Notes: generated by a model from the letters alone, not told the origin. Positions 12,801-26,214 are shown, numbered from the stretch's first letter. The stretch: DNA of 64,000 nucleotides from Lama glama (GCA_028534125.1 CM052816.1:5272001-5336000); one strand, 5' to 3'. Numbers and translations are program-made.

Positions 12801-13344
12801 CCATGTTGCCTGGTAAAAACAAAGTATAATTTGCAGAAGGTATAATTCCTTCAGCAGCTGGAATATTTCACAATCCTCTGAGGTGTGAAAGTAGCTGCTA
12901 CTTTCCTGATGAAGCCCAGAGATGATGAATAAAAAATGACAGCACATTACTGGCGAGTAGAGGCAGTAGCCAGTGAGGAAACATCCTGTTAGTGAGTAGA
13001 CTTGGAGAGAGAGGAAAAGGGAATTCTGCATAACTGCGATGAAAATGCCTCACTCCGTGTGCGGTGCAGATCCCACCGGCTTGGAAGCTGGCTTACAGCT
13101 GGCTTGGAAGAGCACAACTCTGGGGCTCAGGGAACATGCCCTGCTCCCAGACATCTTCCTCCAACCCCTGGCTGTTGCCAGACACCCCCACCCCCTTAAT
13201 TCTCTAGGCTTTATCAGAAAGCTTTTTTCCTACTGCAGTCCAAATTTCCTTCTGAAGGGTTTACCCTTCAGCAAGTTAGGGCTTGAGGCTGTTATCGGAC
13301 ACTTACACCTCGGTGTAAACGACTGCTCCAGAAACAGAAGGTAA

Positions 13345-13620
13345 GGCTGCAGTTGGCAGATTTTCTGTAAAGGGCCAGAGTAAATATCTGAGGCTTTGCA
13401 GACCATATGGTCTGAACACTGACGTAGCTCTCAAGCCGCCCTAGACACTGCGTAAGTGAACGGGTGTGGCTGTGTTCCAGTAACACTTCATGGGCATTGA
13501 AATCTGATTTTCATGTCACAAAATATTATTCTTCTTTGGATGTTTTCCCCTCAGCTCTTTAAAAAGGTAAAAGCCATTCTTAGCTCATGGGCCACACAAA
13601 AATAGTTTGTTGACTCCCCA
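13345..13620 (+). mobile_element. hAT-Charlie MER58-like DNA transposon relic
   Basis: ttggcagattttctgtaaagggccagagtaaatat...ggctgtgttccagtaa...tagtttgttgactcc. Confidence 0.75.
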
Positions 13621-15557
13621 GTAAGGAGGAAAGAAGCCAACAGGAGGGAGGCCCTGGTATCAAAGCCAAAATCCTCCAACTCCTCACTTGTGTTGGCTCT
13701 GAGTTTGGGGCTAGGAAACTACGAAATGTCCTTGCCGCTGCCTCATTTTTTCTGAGTGCTGAAGAGGTCAACAGTGGGTCAGAAAACAGTTCAGGAATAG
13801 AGTTAACCCCACGAGGGCCACTGCACGGCAGAGGCTGGTTTTCATTTAAAACTGTACTCAGAGAACGCTGAAGGCCTAGAGGGGCCTGCACCTCGGGACG
13901 CTCTCCTTTTCCAGTTCTGCCCACCCAGGTCTTCGGGCTCACTGTCTGATTTGCTCAGGATACAGAGACCACTGTGGTTTTCTCTTCATCCACAAGCAAG
14001 GATGGCCAATCTGACCAAGGAAAGGTGCTGAAATTCGCCAGGGTTATTTTTAAAGGATCAAACACATAATATTCTAATTTGAATTGATATTTAAATTCCT
14101 ATTTTAATGAAACTGCATTTTTCCATACATGGCTCAAGAAGTCATTTCTCCCAGATCTTGATCTTCTGTAAAGTAAAGGACTTCACATTTACTTCTATTA
14201 CCTCTCCCCCTGCGAGAGTCATGAAAAGGGCTGTGGGATTTTAGTGGTGGGGGTGCCCTTTTTATCCCTACTCCTAACACCTTCCTAGCTCTGGGTCCCA
14301 GTCCTGTCGGAGGCACCCCCTACTCTTCTCGTGCTTGGATCACAGGGATTTGCCCAGATTCTTGGAATGTCTCCAAACAAAAATCAACTTTTGTTTTGCC
14401 AAGTTTGAGTGGGTTTCTGTTATTGCCTTCCCAAAGATCCCTTTCTCGGAGGCACAGATGAGAAGGATTTTAGCAAATTTAGTAAATGAATTAAGATCAG
14501 CTACTTGTCCTTGAGGCAGGCAAGCTGGTGGCTGGTTCCTGAATGTCTGCTCCATTGCTGCCTGACTGTCCTGATGTCTGTACACCTTTAGAAAGACTTT
14601 GGTTTCCCTATTTATCTGGCTCGCTTTGGGCTTTTACAATATCAGCCCTCAAATCTAACCATACTATGTTCCGGGGGATAATGCTCTAGAAGTATCTGGT
14701 TGTTAAGACATTAAGCAAATATGTGAAATAAGACCTGCAACTAAGTGAGGGTAGTTAGATACTGTGATGAAAAGTCAGAGGAGCTTGATTCAGGCACTTT
14801 TGGTCCTGCCAACCTACATGGGCACCGCCCAGATTAACTGGTTGAAAGTCAACAGGAGACTAATTCAGTACTGACAGGTGAAAAAAGAAGTTACATTATT
14901 TAAACACAGAATTCTGATAAGATATTGAAATCAACTGCCCAGTCTTGCTAATACTGCTGCTGACATGAATACTGCTGCTGACATTAGCAGTCACTATTTA
15001 AGGGACAATCGCTCTGTGCCAGGCACCGGGCAGAACCAAGTGGGCTAGAATTCTGGCTGTATTTACTTTGTGCCTCTACATTTCACTGTCCTCACCTCTA
15101 AAATGAGGATTAAAAACAAGCGAGAATTAAGTGAGGGAAGTACGTAAGATGCTTTGCACCATGCCTGGCTCACATGAAATTTTCACATGTTACTACAGTT
15201 GGCTATTAGCCATTGAATTCATCTGTGGATCAATAAACAGGATTTGGCAGTGTGTCTTTATCGGGCGGGTCTTATACATAACATTTCTGGATGGGGAAAG
15301 GATGCTTTAGAAGTGGTCCTGCTCAGGGGCCAGAGGTGTCCCTGTGGTCTCAGTCCCTAGTACCTGGGAGAGTCGGAGGCTTGGGCTTTCCAGCAACTCT
15401 GGGTAGTTTTCCCGCCTGGCACCTCCTCCAGGATTGCCAGTGGTATTAAAGATGAAACGTGATTCCTGCCTCTCCCGCTGAATACAGAACCCGATCTCCG
15501 TGCAACCGGGCTGCCCAAAGCACGGGTGGCGGGGGCGGCTGTCGTTGGAACCTTCAA

Positions 15558-15573
15558 CCACTAGAGGGCACTG
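15558..15573 (+). promoter_or_regulatory. CTCF motif CCACTAGAGGGCACTG in a CpG-rich intronic patch
   Basis: Full match to CCASYAGRKGGCRS. Confidence 0.7.
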
Positions 15574-16738
15574 CCGGCTCTCTTTTTCCCTCAACGCCGG
15601 TCCCCATAGCAGCCCTGGCCGCCTCCTGAGCCCAGCATCCCACCCGCGGAGGGAGCCCGGGAAGACCGCTGTCTCTTGGAGCCTCCGTCTTCCTTGTAAG
15701 CCGCAGGACAAGGGCTCTTCTGGGATCCAGAGGCTACAATTCTACACGTCGTGGATTGTCAGAGGAGAGGGGAGGGTAGGCAAAGGACTGAGCAGAAGGA
15801 AGCTGTGTGGTCTGAAGCCAAACAGGCTCGCACCGGGTTCCCTGTCGGGAGGGGTCTCCCCCAGGCAAAGCTGTGCGGTGACCTTTCCAGATCCCCCCAC
15901 ACCTCTCTGCGGCTCTCTTTCCCTCTGAGGACCCTCCCTACTCTTCGCTGTTCTTTTGCTGTCACCTTGGTTTTTTTCAAGACACTTAATATTTTAAAAT
16001 TTATTATTGAGGTTTAGTGAACCCTCATTAAATACAAAACAAAAACCTCTGGCTAACAGTTCGATTTGTACACTGTTGACCAATTTAATGCAAGCAATGA
16101 TTGATACAAACCATTTTAAGGCAGTAAAATAGTTTGACACAGAATTTTTGGCATGATAGTTGGGAGGGGATGGGGAGAAGAGAAAGACACTGATGTTTAT
16201 TAAAAGCTTAAATACCTTGTCTCAGTCTTTCCTAAACACACCACTCCACCTGTATTGAATTTTCCTAATGTGTTGCTTGAGATCATAGCTAGTCTAACTT
16301 TGTAAATACTTTAGCTTTATCCTAAGTAATAATGTCTGTGAAATCACCAATTTGCTACACTAATCCACATTTTAAACACATGTAAATAATAATGTTCCTT
16401 TGTCTACCACCTAAAATCATCTCATTGGTCACACTTTGGGAAACTGTGTTATCTCCTTAATTCTCCAGGCAATGCTGAGTTGGACAAAATGAGCTTCCTT
16501 GAAGCAAAGGAGTAAACAGAGGCTCAGAGGAGTTAAGCAATCTTTCCAAGGTCACAGAGCTAATAAAGTGGTTAAGTAAGGCTTTAAGTAAGTTCTTTAA
16601 AGTTGGATTTCACCTGGGGAGTGGGGTGGGGGCACATCCTCACACCTAGGGATTGCTAGGCCCGGGGCAGAGGGTGCCTCTGCTCTGCTGATGGCCGTAG
16701 GCCAACCTCTCACCCGCTTAGGGAAGCCAGCACCTTAC

Positions 16739-16846
16739 CCGGGCCAGGCTGACTCCAGCGGGGACCTTGTAGGGCACGTACTTCCTGTAGATATGGCCCA
16801 CTCTGGAGCAGGGGATGTCCTCCATGCGGCCTCCACACATCCACAC
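16739..16846 (-). CDS. GALNT10: GALNT10 coding exon (exon 8 equivalent), 108 nt
   Basis: [36 protein letters not shown]; ctgcag|GTG and CGG|gtaagg. Confidence 0.97.
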
Positions 16847-17454
16847 CTGCAGGGCGAGAAGCGAGAGATGATACTTCTGCCTCCAGTTCCCTGCCTCCTC
16901 AAAGGCCAGTGTTCCTTGGTGCATTCATGAAAGCATCAGCTTGGATTGTGTACTAAAGCCCCCACTCACAGAACTAGAGATGGAGGAAAACACAGTATTC
17001 ACAGCAGCAGCAGAAACAGCGAGGAGGGCACCCAGTGCTTACTCACTACCAGATTCTGTGTTGCAGACTCGCACCCACTGAGACGCCCAGCTAAACAGAG
17101 CCCTGCACCCCGCACCCCACCCCGCCTCCTTGCAGTCCTGGGTTCACATCCTTTGCTACAAATCCTGACTCAGCCCCTATCCAGCTCTGTGCCTTGGATC
17201 AAGGCATCTAACGTCTCTGAGGCTCTGTTCCTCATCTGTAAAGGATTAAGTGAGGCAGTTTCAGAGGATGAGATGTTGCTGGTCAGATGCTCAGCACAAG
17301 ACTTGGCACCTAGTCACAGCAGAGTTCGATGCTGCCAGGATGCATTTATACATTTGACTAATATTTACAGGGTACCTGCTACATGCCAAACATCGTACTG
17401 GGCACATTCAGCAATGAGTAAGTTGGCCAAGGCCCCTGCTCTCATGGAGGGACA

Positions 17455-17950
17455 GTGCGGTGGGCACCTTCCCAGGTGGCCCCCAGTGATCCTTGCCTCC
17501 TGGTATTGGCACGCTTAGGCAGTTCCCTCTCAGATGAGTCACATGAAGACTGACCTGTGTAACCAATAGGATCCTACAGCAGTGATGGCCAGGAAGGACA
17601 CTGTGGCTCCCACCTTACTCCCGGGGATCACTTGCGTTGGGGCAGCCAACTGCCACGTTGGGAGGAAACTCAAACAGCCCCATGGAGAAGGACAGATGGT
17701 GAGGAGCGAGGCCTCCTGCTGATCCTGACTTGCCCACCGTGTGGATGAGCCAACTTGTAAGTGGATTGTCCAGTCCTAGTCAAGCCTGCAGATGACTGCA
17801 GCCGTGGCTGATACCCTGACTACAACCTCATGACAGACCCACGCAGAACTATCCTGTAAAACCTCTCCCAAGTCCCTGACCCACACAAACTTTGAGATAA
17901 TCACTGTTTACTACTGCTTTACGATCATTTCTTCCTATGGCAGTAGCCCA
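17455..17950 (+). mobile_element. MaLR LTR (MLT1E/F-like)
   Basis: ccagtcctagtcaagcctgcagatgactgcagcc, ctgacccacacaaactttgagataat. Confidence 0.7.
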
Positions 17951-18039
17951 CCAATGCAGGGAGTTTCAGATGGTGATGTGTGCTTTATGGAAGCCAAACC
18001 ATGCTAACTGGGTAGACTCATTGTTCGGATGTATGGGAT

Positions 18040-18420
18040 GCTGCACTACCCCCACCTGTCAGGGGAAGACTCACTTAGAAGGGAATATTTGAGGCGAGAC
18101 TTAAGGGATGAGAAGGCAAAAGTAACATAAAGATCTGAGGGGTGAGAGAACAGGCGGAGAGAAGAGCAAGTGCAAAGGCCCTGAGGTCGGGAGCCAGGTG
18201 CCTGTAGCAGAGGGAGTAAAGGGAGGAGTACGGGAGGGGAGGTCAGAGAGGTGAGCTGGGACAATCATAATGGTCTCTCAGGGCACAAAAAAGAGTCTTC
18301 ATCAAAAGTCTTCAGTGACAGAAACAACACAATCCACTCCTGATTTACAAAGAGGATTCTGTCTGCGGAGTGGAGATTGGCCTGGAGGGTACAGGGTTGG
18401 GAGAGAGAAGGCCTCCAGTG
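18040..18420 (-). mobile_element. L2 relic
   Basis: tcaggggaagactcact...tttgaggcgagactt...gcaagtgcaaaggccctgagg. Confidence 0.6.
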
Positions 18421-21400
18421 CTCTTGCAGATAAAAAGCAGTCATAATTTAGGGTTTATGGGGTTGTGGTGATGGTGGGACACAGCTGGGTTCGGGACATT
18501 TAGTATTCATCTTGCTGCCATCTTCCCTTGTTTGTAGGGTGAGGAGTAGGAGGGGGAGCATCTACAACTCCAATTCTCTGGCAAAAGAGCCTTTTCCAGC
18601 TTGAACTGCTCGACGGGGTATTGGGGATTTGGCTCCGTGTCCTGATTAATTCAGGGGCTCTAGACAGGCTGCTCTTCCACCTGGCACACCTGAGGGTCCT
18701 CAGTCCCTCATCATCTCCTGCCAGGCGTACTCTGTCCCGGGCTTCCCACGAGTGGACAGGCACGTGTGGGGCTGCCATTAGTGGAAACGCTGCCTGGAGA
18801 AATGCAATTATGTTCTGATCTTGGGGGAGAGAAAAAAAAATCGAGCAAGTCAATAGAACAGAACATTGGTCTCGAGATAATGGGCTCCTAATGGTAGATT
18901 AATGTCAAGGCCAAGCCAAGAAGTTTATTTTCAAAGCAGGAGATATTGATCAGGTGCCAGCATCCTATAACAATAACTCTTCCTTTATACAAAGTGACTG
19001 ATGTGGAAGCCACGCTTTTGTCTGGTGGATATAGCCCAGGTTGCCGCTGGGTGGCCCCTGCCTTTTGGGAGGCAGAGCAGCACCGAGCAGGTGGGGACAC
19101 CTTATCGTGCTCTATTTTTGAACATCTCCTGGGCGGCTGACTAGGCTAGCGTCCAGCTCTCTCGACCCCATATTAAACTTGCATTAGCTAACGAGGCTGT
19201 GTCTCCAGCTCTGCCTGGCAGGGAACCTTCCTTTATGTAGACCAATGATCAATTTCCAAATCCTTGTATATGCTGTGACCTCAGGTTTCTTTGGCCTGGA
19301 CTGTGCTGGCCATCAGCCTGAAAGTTCCTGAGGGACCAGAGTGACCTTGATCTACTCAGAGGTTTGAGGCATCCAAAATGCTCTCAGATTCCCGGGATGC
19401 CCGGAGCCCAGCAGGAGCCCTGGCTTTGGACGGATGATGGGCTCCCTCCCCGGCTACCCTGCCCTGGACGTGATTTGTTGACAGCTGAGTCAGAACGTGA
19501 ACTGCCTTCAGAAAGACGCACACCTGTTCAGCGAAAGCTGCTGCCAACCCGAGTCCTCTGGGAGCACTTGCGCAGTCTGGGGGGCCCCCGCGGGGGGCAC
19601 ACCTAACTCTTCTGAACTCCCCCTGACCACCCAGAACACGTCGTACACAGCAGGCACCACTCCCATGGTGTTTGCTGGTTATTTGGCAGGATCCCGAGGC
19701 TGGAGGGGGCTCTCCATCCAGGGACATGGTAACAGCCAGACTCACCCTGGGGCAGGGAGCTGGCCAGAGCTGGTCCCGGACCCCAGGTTCAGCTCATGGT
19801 CCAGGTTACCAACCTGTGCACCCTCCAGCTCCCCACTCCCCTTCACAGCTGAAGCAGCAGCCACCCAAGACCCACAACAACCACAGCTCAGGGGTTATAA
19901 GTAGGCACTGCTCTCCAGTCCCACTGCCACCTGTGCAGCTGTGTGACCTGGGGAGCCACACTCTCCCCATCTGTGACCTGCAGGTGACAGTCACTGCGAC
20001 CTTGCAAGGCTGCTGGGATGACTTGAGACAACCCGTAAAGAGCACTTAGCTTGATGCTTGCCCGTAGCAAACCTGATTCATGTCAGTCATTTCTGTTTGC
20101 GAAAGGATGAGGAATACCACCACCTTGAAATGATCTGGCATTTGCCCTTTCGCCCAACACCATCATGTTTTTGATCCTATGGCCCGATTTCCCAAATGGA
20201 GAAAGCTCTGAAGCTCAGAGAGATGATGTAGTTTTTCTAACTGACCTGGTGGCAGAACCAGCAACTCACTAGGAGAGTGACAGGGCCATGTGTGCGGGGC
20301 ACAGTCTTGGGCAGCAGCCCAAGGGTGTTCTCCTCTCCCCCCAGGTAACACCCCAGCAGGAGAAGAGCCCAGCTGGCGGCAGAGGGAAAGGAGCTGCAGT
20401 GCCGGCAGGAGCCAGAATCATGTCTGGTCGGGACCCCATCACATTTGGATGGGGACAAAGACACGCCACTGAGATGACATCTTTGCAGCCTCTTTCTGCT
20501 GTTGGCTTTCTTCGTTCCCCCTCCACGCCTCTCTCAGCCTCCAGCCCCATGGGAGATGCAGCTGGCTGCTGGGGGAGCCTTGTTCCACCTTAAGGAGTTC
20601 CCGAACACACCCAGCCGATCCCTTTCTTAGCGCTGTTTCCTCCTGCAGAACAGTCTTCTCCCTGGAAGCACCATGCCACCAGACAAGCACAAATCTAATT
20701 GTAAAAGCTTGCTCCCCATTCATTTTCATGGCTGCTTTGATTTATTTTATTAGCAAACTTCTTTTGTGTGATGACAGGCTTCATTACAGTGTCTATAAAA
20801 GACAATTACTCGCTCTTATCTCCTAAACTGAGGAGGAAAGAAACGAGTGGTGATGAGCATCGGGGAGACACAATGGGGCCCGCAGGGGAGCGGTGAGAGG
20901 CCCACCCTGGAGAGAGGAGCGTGAGCGAGCAGGGGCTGGGTGAGTCTTCTCCGTCAGGGAAACCTGCCTAGAAACCAACCAGGAAGGGATGGGCACCCTC
21001 CCTACCCACGGCGGGGAGATGGCAGCCAGCTATGGCTTTTGCTGTTGGCATCTCGGCTGAGGACCCCAATGAAGCCCAAACTCTATTCAGTTGCTCTTGG
21101 AAGCCACCATTAATATGCAATCAATCTAATAATCATCACCAATTATTCCACATTATCTGTGTGCTTAGGAAGAACACAGGATAGCCTTGATGAACTCGGT
21201 CCTGGAGTTAAAACTGAGGGTCTGATCCAGGCTCTTAAGCAAGTTTTGTGAATCTGAAAGTCTCAGTTTCCTCATCTGCAACATGGGATGAATGTGTCTA
21301 CCTCCCAGGGTTGTAATGAGGCTGGAATGAGGTAATTCTGAAGCACCGAGGGCTCTGAGCAATCCGAGTGGTGTCAACCTGGACACATGGCCACCATCAC

Positions 21401-21577
21401 TACTGGTGTTGGGTGCCACACGTCTGCCACGCGATGCTCCTCAGAAAGAAGGAATGGTGTTGGATCATCATCTTCTAGAGGGTCAGGCTATTTTGAACGT
21501 ATTAGCTTGTTCTGAACAACAAGATACTGTTTCAGGAAGGCTTACCAGCATGAAAGGACCTCACTCATGTCAGACTG

Positions 21578-21663
21578 ATTGATTTAAATGGAGGTACTGG
21601 GGAGTGAACTCAAGACCTCGTGAAAGCTAAGCATGCGCTCTACCACTGGGCTACATCCTCCCC
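21578..21663 (-). mobile_element. tRNA-derived SINE (vic-1 type), short diverged copy
   Basis: ggaggtactggggagtgaactcaagacctc...ctaccactgggctacatcctccc, homologous to the 8.2-kb copy. Confidence 0.75.
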
Positions 21664-22654
21664 ACCATGCTAGTTTTAGATGCTTATACCCTTGGGTACA
21701 GTTGGTAAGAGTAGGAAAAAAAAATTGTTTAAAAAAAATCCACAAAAATTTACTTTTAAGTTAATCTCTTATATGATATGGTTTAAAGCAGATGTATATA
21801 AACTAATAAATTAAATATTTGACTGTTTCAACAATATCCTGAGGTGTTTATAGTCAACTTGGCCAAAAAATGGGGGGTGGCTGCCTTACACTAGGGTTTT
21901 TTCCCTTTAATAAGTGAATTCAGTAAAGTTGCAGGATGTATTAGGTTTTGACTCATATTTGAAATAGAGCAATCTTGCAGCCACTCAGTGAGGAAGGTAC
22001 CAGCGTGCCTCTTACATGTGAGGAAATTGAGGCCTCGTGATATCAAGGGCCTTCCCCAGGGCTCCTCGGCTCATAAGTGGCAGAGCCCAGAGTCGAATCA
22101 GGGAGGGGGCTCCCAGAATGAGGCAGATCTGAGACCTCCAGGGAAGACTGCACCTCCTGGTTTGGTCTTTCTAAAGCCCATGATGGTCTTCCACAAAGAC
22201 CCCCAACGGCACTTGTATTGTCTGCAGAACAAAGGGGTCACCCTGGGCTTGCAATCAAGGCCTCTGCCCCTGCTCGGGTCACCTCCAACCCTCTCCCCAC
22301 CCCCTGGACCCCCCGTGTGGATGCTGCTGAGAGCCAGCTGAGGTGCACTCACCTTTACTCTCTATTGGGCACATGAACAATGCAGCCCAGGACAAACACA
22401 CATTCATTCATTCATTCATTTATTCATTCACACATGGCCTGGTCATTGGTCAGCCTTGCTCTAAGACCCTACTGGAAGAGATGGAACAGAAACTGGCTGC
22501 CAAGGGTGGACCCACTGATGTAGAGTCTTGAAAGTGGGGTGAAGGTGTTGGGACTTGCAGGCCAACCTGTCAACTAACCTACACATGACTCTGTCTTTCC
22601 ACAGCCTCGCCAGAGCATCCACTCTGTACAAGACCTTGCCTGCTCATTACAGCC

Positions 22655-22835
22655 ACGATTTTCAATCTCGAGTGAGCATCAGAGTCACCTGGTGAGCTTG
22701 CTCAGAGACTGCTGGGGCCCACCCCCTAAGATGTCTCACTCAGCAGGTCTGGGGTGGGGCCTGAGAATCTGCATTTCTTATAAGTTCCCAAGGGATACCG
22801 ATGCTGCTGGGCTGGGGACCACACTTTGAGAACCA
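22655..22835. mobile_element. MER5A-like hAT relic
   Basis: ggtctggggtggggcctgagaatctgcatttct...gaccacactttgagaacca. Confidence 0.75.
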
Positions 22836-25800
22836 GTACATCTTGGATTAGTGAAAGCCCCTCGTGGTTTAATGGTGCCTGCCAGTTCACACTGTATCTC
22901 TTGACAGCCCTGTGAGTTTCGGTTGTTAGTGCCCTTTTAGTGAGGAAATCAAAGTTCAGCAGAAAGGGCAGTGAGCTGTCCAAGGTCTTACCGAGAGTTC
23001 ATTCCAGAGCTGGGCTCAGAGCCAAGGTCTTTGGCCTCTGTCTTGCCAGACTCAAAGCTCCTTCCACTCTGGTCTTCCTGCAACGGCAGCCCCATCACAT
23101 AAACCACAATGCCGACATTAATGGCCATCGTAATTGATTATTTATTATGTGACAAGTGCTGAGCTAAGCTTTTAACACATTTTGGCTAATCATGCTCACA
23201 CCCAAGCTATGAAGTGAGGATCATTCTACTGCCATTTTACAGATGGAGAAATCAGAGAGGTTAGGTCACATTCCCAAAGTCACCAGTGACTAGCTGATGG
23301 AGCTTGCACCCGAACCCAGGTGGTTTGATTCCAAAGCCAATGTACTTTATCTTGTGCTGTTCTGCCTCCTTTTTTAACACAAAGTTCTGATCTAAACAGC
23401 AACCACTTACTGACTGCCTTCTTTTTTGCCTGTCTCTAGGACAAACATTTTATCTCATTTAGTTTTTATAACAAACCTCTGAAGGAGTTATTATCGCATT
23501 TTTAGCAATGAAAGACCAAGGCAAGAAGACATGGCAGTGTGGCTGGTTAGGGAGCAACGTATGGTGACCCTCGAGCCTCTGAGCCATCGTCCTGGAGGAA
23601 CGGTGGGAAGGGCAGGCACCCACAGACAGACGCTCACAGAATTTCCAATGGCTGCTGATAGTCACAAGCAGAATGCCTGCCCTGTTCCCGGCAGACAGCT
23701 CTTAGAAAGTCTGGGTACATGTGGCTGGGGGGAAAATGCTCCGAGGAGCAGAGCAAGTTCCCAGCATTCTCAGATAACCCAGAGAAGGAAGGAGCTAGCA
23801 CCGGGTTCCCGGCAGCGACACTGCAGCTGGTCTGAGTCAGAGGGGGCTGGAAGGGGCGGTGGGGGCGATGAGGAGAGGTGATGCCAGGCAGGTGCTTGCT
23901 TGCGTGGGGGCCCTGGATCAGCCTCTTGGGCGGCAACTTAACCCCTTCAGGGCTGGTCCTGACTTCTGGGGCCCCCTGCAGATGTGGCCTCTCTCTAGGT
24001 TGCAACCCTATGGAGCGAAATGAGCACTGGGCTTAGAGTCAGGACACCTGGGGTTTAGCCCTGGCTTTGCCACCTTCCATCTAAGGGACCCTGGCCCCAT
24101 CACCTAAGCACTTGGGGCATCAGGTCACAACATCACCCCTGAGTAGTTTCTAGGGGGCATCCTACCTTCTTTTCATACACCCTATTTCACTCAATCCTCT
24201 TGACCATGCTGTGAGTTTTATGGAAAGAAAATCTGAGAGTTGTCTCTTTTAACTCTGCCCAAGGCAGTGTGGGGCTGGGTAACTGTACCAGCGTAGGACA
24301 AAGCAAACCCACTCACCCTGGAGGCCTTCTGCCTCTGCTGGCGGGGTCGGGGTGGGGCTGGGGAGTTTCCTCTCAGAACAGGGCTCTCCCTCGTCCCCTA
24401 GTGTGGCTTCCCACCACTCCCTTGCTCCTGCCAGCCTGCCCGGTGGGACCCTCAGAACATCTCCATCTCTCTCTCCGAGGGCATCGGGCTGCCGCCTCCC
24501 CCTCCTGCAGCAGATCCTACAAAGCCGTGCTCGGGGCTCTGTCGTTCCCTGGTGTCTCGGCACCAGGACTCGCCTACTCTTAAGCCTCACTTGTGGAGAA
24601 TCTCATCCCTGAATTTGCAAATGGTCCAAACGAAGCATTGGGATGTATATGGGGAGAGATGGATGACGGGGAGGGCTGAAAAAACATTTCCCCCTATTCT
24701 TAGTTAGAAAAAAGTCTTAGTTTTTCTCCTGATTTTAAAAGGGATATGTACTGATGATGAATGCATTCAGTGTCACAGACACACATTATTAGGAAAGGAC
24801 AGCCACACTGTAGCCTTCCCACCCCGATGCCCCAAGGGGCCATAGGCTCTCGTGGCACCATGGTTCAGAGGCCATCAGGGCAAGGGTTCAGCCTGAAGTC
24901 AGAGGAGCAGGGCTGAAATCCCCGTTGCAACCACACAACGTTGTGGAAGTGGCTTCACTCAAGCCTCAGTTCCCTCATCTATAAAATGGGGGCACACAGC
25001 CTGACGCATTACCACATGTGAGTGCTCAGTAACTTCAGCTGTATCAGGATATCCTTCTTAGGTGTTTTTGTTTGTCTGCATTTGTCATATTTTAAAATAC
25101 TGAACATGAAATCACAAATATACTATTTTCATGTCTTTTAAAACAATTTTGGAGGCATCTAACTTCTTTTATATAATACGCCTCTGTTGGGATGTGCTCT
25201 TACTTATTTATCCCCTAAGGGTGTACATTTGGGTCATTTTCAGTTTTTCCCTATCATAAATAACGCTTCAACAAACAGCTCCTACCCTAAATCTTTGCTC
25301 ATCTAGGCATTTGTCTCTCTTGGCTAAACTCCTCGGCCTGGAACTTTTGGGTCAAAGACTGCTGTGCCTGCTTTGAAATGTAACAGATTTTGCCAAACTG
25401 CTAACAAAAGATGTACCCACATACATTGCCCCAAAGCCCCCATCTTTCTCACACTGGCTCAGCCATGTTGTCCTGCAGATACCTCTCTCTCCTGGACCTC
25501 AGAGTGGAAGATATCCTAACCTTGGCCTTCTGGGGACACTGTGTAGTCCCCTTTCTGCTCGTTCTGTCACCACCAGCTCTAATCCAAACCACCCTTGCAC
25601 CTCTATTAAGTCCAAGGGCTTTCTCCACAGCATCTTATTTGATCTCAGGCAGGAAGGAAAGTTGTATTAGCACCATCTGGGATGGGAGGGCCAGAGAGGT
25701 CAAGTGATTGGTCCAGGGTCTCCAGATGGACAGAGAGCAGAGATGAGAAGCCAGTGCCCTTCCTTCTCACCACGTACCCTATCCGCTACACCACCATTAC

Positions 25801-26214
25801 CCAAAGATGGAGATGTAAGTCTGAGAAAGGCAGGATGAAGGCAGCTGTATCACATAGGAATTGATGGAGTCATTTAAAACGCCTATCATGGGCCAAAAAC
25901 AGGGATACACAGATGGACAAGACCCACTCCCTGCCTCCAGGGAGCTCAGAGTCCAGTGGGGGATACAGGTCAACCTTTGGGTCACGCATTTGGAGCCATG
26001 CTGGGTGTGGTGTTGGGGTGGCTCCTAATCAGTACAGGGAGCTCAGGTAAGGCCAAGAGGAAGCCATCTATTGATATGAGTTGAACCCAAAAGGATGAAT
26101 GTGGGTTGGCCAGACTATGGAAGGACATTTCAGGAAGAATGAACATGTCTACGAAGATGGCCAGGCACATAAGCCTGGGGCTTGTGAGCAGTTCTATATG
26201 GCTGGGTGAGGCAG

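Noticed and set aside
16946..17518. 190-aa plus-strand ORF
   Set aside because: Spans MIR/L2/MLT relics, non-ATG start, no protein family resemblance
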